Source: an uncultured virus (IMG/VR IMGVR_UViG_3300027672_001707) (lineage: Duplodnaviria; Heunggongvirae; Uroviricota; Caudoviricetes). From it: 64,000 bases of DNA. This document shows positions 56,782-64,000 of the stretch, one piece after another. A program made the translations under genes and the position numbers. Each line of letters opens with the position of its first letter. The first letter of the stretch is position 1. Location: the IMG/VR virus record IMGVR_UViG_3300027672_001707. The stretch is one strand, 5' to 3'. The notes beneath the pieces are model-generated. The model saw only the letters and a program-made list of their open reading frames with translations. It did no database searches and had not been told where the DNA came from.

Positions 56782-57357
56782 ATGAAATATACAGAATTAT
56801 TACCCATTTCCGAAGGTGTACAATATCACCTAAAATCTAATACTCCACTGCACGAAAGCGTCTTTCGTTTAGGTAGTGATGAGTACTTTAATATGTTTAA
56901 AGAAGCAAGGTCTCTTTACACAGAAGGTAAGTTAAACGACTTACATTGGTTTGATGAAGAGATTCTTCGTGACACACAACTGGGTGAATGGGTTAACTTA
57001 AAAGAACATGGCAGAGTTCCTTTAGATATGATTATTAGTGAAGACAACATGAATGTCCACGAAGCAGAGTATCAAGGTAAAAAAGTAGATTTAAATAAAC
57101 CCAAACGTGGTGGTAGTAAAAAGTTCTATGTATACACAAAGAACAAAAAAGGTAACACAATTAAAGTATCATTCGGTGCGGCAGGTGGCGGCGGTAATCT
57201 TGCAGTTAAACTAAAAGACCCTAAGGCTAAAAAAGCATTTAAAGACAGACATGATTGCGAAAACAAGAATGATAAAACTAAAGCAGGATACTGGAGTTGT
57301 CGTTTACCACGTTATGCAAAAAGTTTAGGATTATCTGGTGGCGGAACTTGGTGGTAA
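56782..57357 (+). CDS. late protein (putative internal head protein), leaderless
   Basis: TAAATA-5 nt-ATG; MKYTELLPISE; EAEYQGKKV...HDC...YWSC. Confidence 0.75.
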   Translation: MKYTELLPISEGVQYHLKSNTPLHESVFRLGSDEYFNMFKEARSLYTEGKLNDLHWFDEEILRDTQLGEWVNLKEHGRVPLDMIISEDNMNVHEAEYQGKKVDLNKPKRGGSKKFYVYTKNKKGNTIKVSFGAAGGGGNLAVKLKDPKAKKAFKDRHDCENKNDKTKAGYWSCRLPRYAKSLGLSGGGTWW

Positions 57358-57625
57358 TGTTTTTCCTTTCGTAGAGAAAACAATTTCAAACAATAGAAAA
57401 ATTAGGACATTTCCAGAGACAATCTGGGAAGACGACTTAGTATGGCATCGAGATAACGAAGACCGTACTATTAAAGTTATCAGCAGTGATGGTTGGCAAC
57501 TACAAATGGATAACAGTATTCCTAAAGTTTTAGTAATGGGCGAGACCCATTTTATACCCAAGGAAGTATATCACAGGATTATTAAAGGTGTTAATGACCT
57601 AATCGTTGAGATACATACAAACTAA
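57338..57625 (+). CDS. cupin-like small protein
   Basis: LVWHRD.EDR...YHRIIKG. Confidence 0.65.
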   Translation: MAELGGNVFPFVEKTISNNRKIRTFPETIWEDDLVWHRDNEDRTIKVISSDGWQLQMDNSIPKVLVMGETHFIPKEVYHRIIKGVNDLIVEIHTN

Positions 57626-57661
57626 TAAAGTGATAAATACTTTATACAATAGGAATAAACA

Positions 57662-58726
57662 ATGCGAGCCAAAGATTTTTTAATAGAATATACAGATTTA
57701 AATACTGCTAAAGCAGAGATTTTGAAGAGTATAAATGCTATTGACCCTGACACACAAGACGAAGATGCTCGTAAAACAGCAGAGCAAGTGCTTGACAAAA
57801 TTTACACTGTTTTAAACAAGAACCAAGTGTTAGATAGATTCACATCAGTACTACCATCCATACTCAAAGGTGAATACAACGATACGCAAGTAATGAAGAT
57901 TGCTGGAGAAATATCTAAAGCACCATTGTCATTTGCAGAGAAAATGAAGTTCACAGAGAATTTAGCAAGTAACAAAGTTATTAATCCTAAAGTATTAATT
58001 ACCCCAGGTACATACACTATTGACAAGTTATGTTATGATAGTGCCGTTAACAAAGAAGTATTTTTACACATGAAGAGCTTCGGTGTTGGTCAACTTATGA
58101 AAGGTCCAATGGAACACGCATTGGCTATTCTAAGTAGTGATATTGGTATTAAAGGTAAGGGAGATGTTACAGTAGGCAATACACCCGTTGAAGTTAAAGC
58201 GGCTATTGGCGAGAAAAAAGGTTCAGGCGGTGGACGTTTTGGAGAAACTGGTGCATTACCTAGCAGAGATAAAATGCTTGGCATTTGTACAAGTTACGAA
58301 TGGTTAGCAGGTCCTATTAATGAATACTTAGAAGGACAAGCAAGTTTAAACGTTGAAAACTTTGTAAGTATTGTTAACAATGCAAATCCTGAAGCAAGTG
58401 AACGTAAAGCACTTGGACAAGAATTATTCAGCGAGATCTTCCAAGGTCACGCAACCGAAATTATAAACATCTTTTCTAAACCCCAAGCAGATCCTAATGA
58501 GGTTAGAAAAGCATATATTAGAGCCAACTTCGAATGGTACAAAGACTCAGACATGGGTGGTGCTTGGCAAGTATTGGTGGGCATTAGCATGGCAGATAAT
58601 TCCGTAGGAGTTATGAGTACTGGTGAAGACTTTAATAAAGTAAGCACAGCCAAGAAGAACCCTGCTATCATAACTACTGGAAAGCCACAAGAAATGCTAT
58701 TCCAGTTCAATCCTAAACTTTCATAA
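57662..58726 (+). CDS. late protein with PD-(D/E)xK nuclease-like motif
   Basis: MRAKDFLIE N-terminus; GPMEHAL...KGDV.V...VEVKA. Confidence 0.6.
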   Translation: MRAKDFLIEYTDLNTAKAEILKSINAIDPDTQDEDARKTAEQVLDKIYTVLNKNQVLDRFTSVLPSILKGEYNDTQVMKIAGEISKAPLSFAEKMKFTENLASNKVINPKVLITPGTYTIDKLCYDSAVNKEVFLHMKSFGVGQLMKGPMEHALAILSSDIGIKGKGDVTVGNTPVEVKAAIGEKKGSGGGRFGETGALPSRDKMLGICTSYEWLAGPINEYLEGQASLNVENFVSIVNNANPEASERKALGQELFSEIFQGHATEIINIFSKPQADPNEVRKAYIRANFEWYKDSDMGGAWQVLVGISMADNSVGVMSTGEDFNKVSTAKKNPAIITTGKPQEMLFQFNPKLS

Positions 58727-58827
58727 TATCCTAAAATAAGTTGCAATAAAGGTTGACAAGTCGTCATCTTTGTTGTATTATAGTAACAATATATAAACTA
58801 TATTAACTTTTAAAAGGAGTCAGATGT

Positions 58828-59106
58828 ATGAGTGCAGATAAAGTATTTAATCCAGAAGAAAAAGCAAAACTTACTCAAGTTATCAATGAAGGCATCAGTG
58901 TGATGCAAGAAGTCGAAGACTTGAACGAAGGTCTATCCGATACTGTTAAAGCGATTGCAGAAGAAATGCAAATTAAACCAGCAGTATTAAAAAAAGCAAT
59001 AAAAACTGCCCATAAAGGCAACTTTGACGAGAACGCAGAAGATTATGGTAGCCTGGAGAATATCCTTGCAACTGTAGGTAAAATCGGCACTATAAGTTCT
59101 TATTAA
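58828..59106 (+). CDS. T4 DsbA/GapR-like dsDNA-binding protein
   Basis: helical EVEDLNE.LSD.VK.IAEE..IKPAVLKKAIK; promoter 58753. Confidence 0.65.
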   Translation: MSADKVFNPEEKAKLTQVINEGISVMQEVEDLNEGLSDTVKAIAEEMQIKPAVLKKAIKTAHKGNFDENAEDYGSLENILATVGKIGTISSY

Positions 59107-59387
59107 TGGAGAAGATTAGGTCGTTTTGGGTAAATTCATACAAAAGTGATACAACTGCTTTTGGACTTGAATTAATAAGTTTTGTATTTACAGTAGGTGC
59201 AAGTTTGACTTTGGCTATCAATGCTAAAGATCCAAATATGCTTATTGTTTATCCAGGCTTCTTTGTCGGATCAATAACACAATGTTATGCAAGTTATCGC
59301 AGAGGTGCGGCTTGGGTAACACTACTAACATTTTACTTTGGTCTCGTAAACGTATTTGGTTACGGTGTTGCGGCACAATGGTGGTAG
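59106..59387 (+). CDS. small multi-TM protein
   Basis: three hydrophobic segments. Confidence 0.7.
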   Translation: MEKIRSFWVNSYKSDTTAFGLELISFVFTVGASLTLAINAKDPNMLIVYPGFFVGSITQCYASYRRGAAWVTLLTFYFGLVNVFGYGVAAQWW

Positions 59388-59419
59388 AAACAACTAGCAA
59401 TAAACAACAGGAATAATAT

Positions 59420-59971
59420 ATGAAACCAGGCGTAATAATCCCGCTATTAAAATTTAATGTCAGAACAGGCGACACTGTACTTGAAAAAGGTTGCAGTTTT
59501 GCAGACGGTAAATGGCATACAGAAACAACACATGATTACTTTAAAGATAAACGTGTTGTATTGTTTAGTTTACCAGGGGCATTTACACCAACGTGTACAA
59601 GCACACAACTACCAGGGTTTGAAGATAATATGGAAGAGTTTCGTAACTTAGGCATCGATGATGTTTATGTTAGTTCAGTAAACGATTCGTTTGTTATGAA
59701 TGCTTGGAAAGAAGTATTAGACATTAAGCACGTTAAAGTTATTCCTGACGGAAATGGTGACCTTACTAAATGTTTAGGTATGCTTATTAATAAAACTCAC
59801 GTAGGCTTCGGCAATCGTTCGTGGCGTTTTATGGCAGTTATCAATAATGGAGTTATTGAACAATGGTGGGAAGAACCCGGCATCAATAACGTCGGTTCTG
59901 ATAGCGATCCATATGAACAGACAACACCAGAGAATGCTATTGCCTTTCTTAAGGAAACAGCAAAAGTATAA
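59420..59971 (+). CDS. peroxiredoxin (Prx5/Pgdx type)
   Basis: SLPGAFTPTC, VNDSFVMNAW, GFGNRSWR. Confidence 0.93.
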   Translation: MKPGVIIPLLKFNVRTGDTVLEKGCSFADGKWHTETTHDYFKDKRVVLFSLPGAFTPTCTSTQLPGFEDNMEEFRNLGIDDVYVSSVNDSFVMNAWKEVLDIKHVKVIPDGNGDLTKCLGMLINKTHVGFGNRSWRFMAVINNGVIEQWWEEPGINNVGSDSDPYEQTTPENAIAFLKETAKV

Positions 59972-60171
59972 TGAGTAGTATAGGAGGTTACGATAAAGCA
60001 GATGAGCAAGACACAGAACTGCTTACTTATAACCTCCTTATTACTAAAGGCAATAAAGTAACAAAAGAAACAGTAACAGATACATTTAAAAAGGTTGTAA
60101 AATTAGTGGAAAGACATTATAATAAAGGAGCAGATGCAGTAGAGATGGAGTTAATGGAATGGAAAAAGTAA
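59971..60171 (+). CDS. hypothetical protein
   Basis: coupled ORF. Confidence 0.6.
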   Translation: MSSIGGYDKADEQDTELLTYNLLITKGNKVTKETVTDTFKKVVKLVERHYNKGADAVEMELMEWKK

Positions 60172-60395
60172 AACCATATCAAGGACTCGCATGGACTGGC
60201 ACTGCAATATTACTAATCGCGGCTACTATGGCAAGTTTCAATATGTATCCGTACTACAGTTATGCATTTTGTTTGGCAAATGCTATCTGGGTAGTGGTAG
60301 GTGTATTATGGAAAGAAAAGAGTTTGATTGTATTAAACGCAGGACTTACTTTAATATACATAATTGGAATTATACAAAGTTTAATCGCTCAGTAG
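60159..60395 (+). CDS. small three-TM protein
   Basis: hydrophobic helices; W...SLIVLN. Confidence 0.7.
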   Translation: MEKVKPYQGLAWTGTAILLIAATMASFNMYPYYSYAFCLANAIWVVVGVLWKEKSLIVLNAGLTLIYIIGIIQSLIAQ

Positions 60396-60441
60396 AGCAT
60401 GAATCACAGTTAGTTGGCTATAAGCAACAAAGGAAAAATAT

Positions 60442-63099
60442 ATGTACGTTGATGCACTCTTTGATAGAGACAAGGACTTAATACAAATAGTCGAACGAAA
60501 TAAGCACGGTAAACGTGTGTATAAAGATTATCCCGCAAAATATGTATTCTATTATGATGATCCGAAAGGTAAACATAAAAGTATCCACGGCAACACTGTT
60601 AGTAGAATCCAGTGCCGTTCGATAAAAGATTTCCGTAGAGAAATAAAACTAGTAGGACAAAAGCGACTTTATGAAAGCGACTTTAATCCTGTATTCCGTA
60701 TTTTAGAAGAAAACTATCTAGGACAAGAAGCACCTAAGTTGCACACTTGTTTCTTTGATATTGAGACTGACTTCGATAAGGAACGAGGTTTCTCTCCGCC
60801 TGAGGATCCGTTTAATCCTGTAACTGCAATTAGTTTGTACTTACAATGGACTGATCAACTTATAACACTTGCAATTCCGCCTAAAGGAATGAGTAAGGAA
60901 GAAAGCGATAAGGTTTGTGCAAAGTATGAAAACTGTTTCTTCTTTGAACAAGAGTCGCAATTACTAGATACATTCTTAACACTTATTGATGATGCAGATA
61001 TTTTATCTGGTTGGAACAGTGAAGGTTATGATATTCCGTATTTGGTAAACAGAGTTAAACGTGTACTGAGTAAAGATGATACAAGACGTTTTTGTTTATG
61101 GGGTGCATTACCCAAGTCGAGAACGTTTGAACGATTTGGTAGTGAAACACTAACGTTTGATACTATTGGTCGTGTACACATGGACTATATGCAACTGTAT
61201 CGTAAGTATACATACCACGAAATGCATAGTTACAGTTTAGATGCTATTGGTGAATATGAATTAGATGAACGCAAAGTTCAATACACAGGCACACTGGATC
61301 AATTATATAACAATGACTTTGAAACGTTTATTGAATATTCGAGACAGGATACTGCACTACTAGATAAACTAGATAAGAAATTAAAATTTATGGAGTTGAG
61401 TAGTGAACTAGCACACAGTAATACAGTGTTGTTACAAACAACAATGGGTGCTGTCGCAGTTACAGAACAAGCAATTATTAACGAAGCACACGAACGTGGG
61501 TTAGTTGTTCCAAGTCGTAAGAGTAGAGATGAACTTGGTAACACACAGGCGGCTGGTGCGTATGTGGCATACCCACAAAAAGGATTGCATGATTGGATTG
61601 GTAGTATTGATATTAACAGTTTGTATCCTTCGGCTATTCGTGCTCTTAACATGGGAAATGAAACTATTGTAGGACAGTTGCGTCCGGACTACACAGACCG
61701 ACACGTTAAAGATAGCATGGCTGACAAGAAGAGTTTTGCAGATTCTTGGGAAGGTATGTTTGGTAGTATCGAATATGAACTAGTTATGTCACAAGACATC
61801 GAAAAAGAAATTGTACTTGAATGGGAAAACGGTTCGCATGATATAATGTCTGGTAAAGAGATCTATAAACTTATATTTTTAAGTAAAAAACCTTGGATGT
61901 TAAGTGCAAATGGTACTATATTTAATTCGCAAATAGAAGGTGTTGTACCTGGACTATTAGCACGTTGGTACAGAGAACGACAAGATATACAAAAAGTAAA
62001 AGCAAGTGCAACAACTCCGGAAGAGAAACAGTTTTGGGATAAACGACAGTTAGTTAAAAAGATTAACTTGAACAGTTTATATGGTGCGATTCTTAATCCA
62101 GGTTGTAGATTCTTTGATAAACGTATTGGACAAAGTACTACATTGTGTGGCAGAAGTATTGCAAAACACATGGACGCATATGTTAATGAATGTTTAACAG
62201 GCGTGTATGATCATAGAGGTGAAACTATTATATATGGTGACACAGACTCTGCATACTTTAGTGCATGGCCCGTTCTTAAAGAACGTGTTGAGAAAGGTGA
62301 ATTAGAGTGGAACAAAGATACTTGTACTGCTTTATATGATTCTATTAGCGACAAAGTTAACGAAAGTTTTCCAGGCTTTATGAAGAAGGCTTTTAATGCA
62401 CCTAGGGAAAATGGAGAGATTATTGTTGGTGGTAGAGAAGTATGTGCAACCAAAGGTTTGTTTATTACAAAGAAACGTTATGCATTACTTATATACGACA
62501 ACGAAGGATATCGCACAGATAAAGACAGTCCGGGAAAGATTAAAGCAATGGGACTTGACCTTAAACGGTCAGATACACCTAAGATTGTACAAGACTTTCT
62601 TAGTAACATCTTAACAGGAGTGTTAACTGGCGATGATAGAGATACTGCACTTGAGAAAGTAAAGTTGTTTAAAGAAGAATTCATGCAAAAGCAAGGTTGG
62701 GAAAAAGGTAGCCCAAGACGTGCAAATAACATGACAAAATTCCAAGCACTTGAACAGAGGCAAGGAAGAGCAAATATGCCAGGACACGTCAGAGCTAGTA
62801 TGAACTGGAATAGATTGCGAAAGATGAACAGTGACAGATATAGTACCGAGATCAAAGACGGTCACAAAGTTATTGTTTGTAAAATGAAGGCAAATCCACT
62901 AGGATACACTAGTGTGGCTTATCCAGTTGATGAACCGCATTTGCCACAATGGTTTAAAGAATTACCGTTTGATGATAGTGCAATGGAAAGCACTGTAATT
63001 GACAGTAAGATTAACAACCTATTAGACGTATTGGGGTGGGACTTGACGCTAGATTCCAATACTAACACTAAATTTAATGATTTGTTTAGTTTTGAATAA
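60442..63099 (+). CDS. family B DNA polymerase (gp43-like)
   Basis: DIET exonuclease motif; DINSLYPS; KINLNSLYG; YGDTDS; KKRY. Confidence 0.97.
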   Translation: MYVDALFDRDKDLIQIVERNKHGKRVYKDYPAKYVFYYDDPKGKHKSIHGNTVSRIQCRSIKDFRREIKLVGQKRLYESDFNPVFRILEENYLGQEAPKLHTCFFDIETDFDKERGFSPPEDPFNPVTAISLYLQWTDQLITLAIPPKGMSKEESDKVCAKYENCFFFEQESQLLDTFLTLIDDADILSGWNSEGYDIPYLVNRVKRVLSKDDTRRFCLWGALPKSRTFERFGSETLTFDTIGRVHMDYMQLYRKYTYHEMHSYSLDAIGEYELDERKVQYTGTLDQLYNNDFETFIEYSRQDTALLDKLDKKLKFMELSSELAHSNTVLLQTTMGAVAVTEQAIINEAHERGLVVPSRKSRDELGNTQAAGAYVAYPQKGLHDWIGSIDINSLYPSAIRALNMGNETIVGQLRPDYTDRHVKDSMADKKSFADSWEGMFGSIEYELVMSQDIEKEIVLEWENGSHDIMSGKEIYKLIFLSKKPWMLSANGTIFNSQIEGVVPGLLARWYRERQDIQKVKASATTPEEKQFWDKRQLVKKINLNSLYGAILNPGCRFFDKRIGQSTTLCGRSIAKHMDAYVNECLTGVYDHRGETIIYGDTDSAYFSAWPVLKERVEKGELEWNKDTCTALYDSISDKVNESFPGFMKKAFNAPRENGEIIVGGREVCATKGLFITKKRYALLIYDNEGYRTDKDSPGKIKAMGLDLKRSDTPKIVQDFLSNILTGVLTGDDRDTALEKVKLFKEEFMQKQGWEKGSPRRANNMTKFQALEQRQGRANMPGHVRASMNWNRLRKMNSDRYSTEIKDGHKVIVCKMKANPLGYTSVAYPVDEPHLPQWFKELPFDDSAMESTVIDSKINNLLDVLGWDLTLDSNTNTKFNDLFSFE

Positions 63100-63164
63100 A
63101 AAGAACTTGACTTTGAACCTAAATACACATATAATTATATTATTAACTGATGGAGAATAAATCT

Positions 63165-63896
63165 ATGAAAGACTATCTAAACGATATTGTTCAGCATACA
63201 CACAGCCTAGGCTTTATTGACTTGGTAAAAATTGAAGGTAGTGATGTTGCAACAACACTAGAAGGACTTGCAGATGACAGAAGTGTTATCGTACAAGCCA
63301 AATTTAAATCGCCGTACGCAGAGTTTATGGGTACGTTCGGTATGCCTAATTTAAGTAAATTAGCAATACTACTTGGTATTCAAGAGTATAAAGCAGATGC
63401 TAAGATTACAATTAGCAAACAAGAACGCAACGGAACAGATGTTCCAGTTGGGTTATACTTTGAAAATGTTAGGGGCGACTTTAAGAACGACTATCGCTTT
63501 ATGACAAGTGAAGTAATTAACGACAAACTTAAAACTGTAAAGTTTAAGGGTGTTAAGTGGGACGTTGAAATTAAGCCAAGTATGGCGGCAGTACAACGTT
63601 TAAAAATGCAGGCACAAGTGCATAGTGAAGAAACAACTTTCATCGCTAGAACAGAAGATGGCAACTTAAAGTTTTACTTTGGTGACCATAGCACACACGC
63701 AGGTAACTTTGTATTCCAACCAGATATTACTGGTTCGTTGAAGCACGGTTGGCAGTGGCCCATTAACCAAGTAATTAGTATTTTGAGCCTCCCAGGTGAA
63801 ATTACTATGCGATTCTCTGATGAGGGTGCTAGTATGATTTCAGTTGATTCTGGACAGATTCAATACGATTATATCCTTCCAGCACAATCTAAATAA
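63165..63896 (+). CDS. putative sliding clamp (gp45/PCNA-like)
   Basis: about 243 aa, follows PolB, YDYILPA C-terminus; clamp loader elsewhere in window. Confidence 0.65.
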   Translation: MKDYLNDIVQHTHSLGFIDLVKIEGSDVATTLEGLADDRSVIVQAKFKSPYAEFMGTFGMPNLSKLAILLGIQEYKADAKITISKQERNGTDVPVGLYFENVRGDFKNDYRFMTSEVINDKLKTVKFKGVKWDVEIKPSMAAVQRLKMQAQVHSEETTFIARTEDGNLKFYFGDHSTHAGNFVFQPDITGSLKHGWQWPINQVISILSLPGEITMRFSDEGASMISVDSGQIQYDYILPAQSK

Positions 63897-63907
63897 AGGG
63901 GAAGTCA

Positions 63908-64000
63908 ATGAAGACTAACCTTACAGATGCACAAAATGACTACGCAGTATTTCTGCCAGCATTAAGTACATTCTACGCACTCTTTGTAGGCAGACAACGT
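63908..64000 (+). CDS. N-terminus of a gene truncated by the window end
   Basis: GGGG RBS; MKTNLTDAQNDYAVFLPALSTFY... Confidence 0.6.
   Translation, partial: MKTNLTDAQNDYAVFLPALSTFYALFVGRQR

Noticed and set aside
1..64000. CRISPR array, integrase, IS, intron, intein or reverse transcriptase
   Set aside because: No regularly spaced repeats or such motifs seen by eye; PolB, clamp loader, PhoH and ClpA have normal lengths.
63908..64000. Functional call for the truncated last ORF
   Set aside because: Only 31 codons are visible, too few to support a call.

Overview
This is a 64 kb AT-rich, gene-dense segment of a large lytic T4-superfamily-like myophage, read in the standard code. A marine Gram-negative, probably alphaproteobacterial, host is inferred from the spanins, porin and the look of Prs/ClpA. 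The window holds: two early hypervariable regions (about 1-5.8 kb and 29-35 kb); four CCA-ending tRNAs (Arg-TCT, Trp-CCA, Leu-TAA, Gln-TTG); a late cluster of modification enzymes; IF-1 and an Fe-S module (Fdx, SufT-like, IscA); baseplate/fibre genes; Prs, MazG, ATE-like, amidinotransferase and RpiB genes; a DnaE fragment, GroES, clamp loader, PolB and sliding clamp; a lysis cassette; DnaJ-PDF-ClpA; and about 13 kb of Glu-punctuated late proteins. Main observations: (1) A structured ~70-nt non-coding element at 34420-34490 has a loop complementary to the TAAGTTAA+Shine-Dalgarno leader of the phage's 16-bp-spacer early promoters and, over about 21 nt, to the leader of a late holin-like gene. 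It is a candidate trans-acting phage sRNA. (2) A set of late proteins has T4 capsid-targeting-like N-termini and x-x-E cleavage-like junctions between enzyme domains, suggesting head-packaged effector polyproteins. (3) An early ParB/DGQH + HNH pair. (4) A possible phage N-degron kit (ATE/Bpt-like, PDF, ClpA, tRNA-Arg/Leu). (5) Leaderless late mRNAs with a fixed 5-nt spacing. All calls come from motifs read by eye; no database searches were run.
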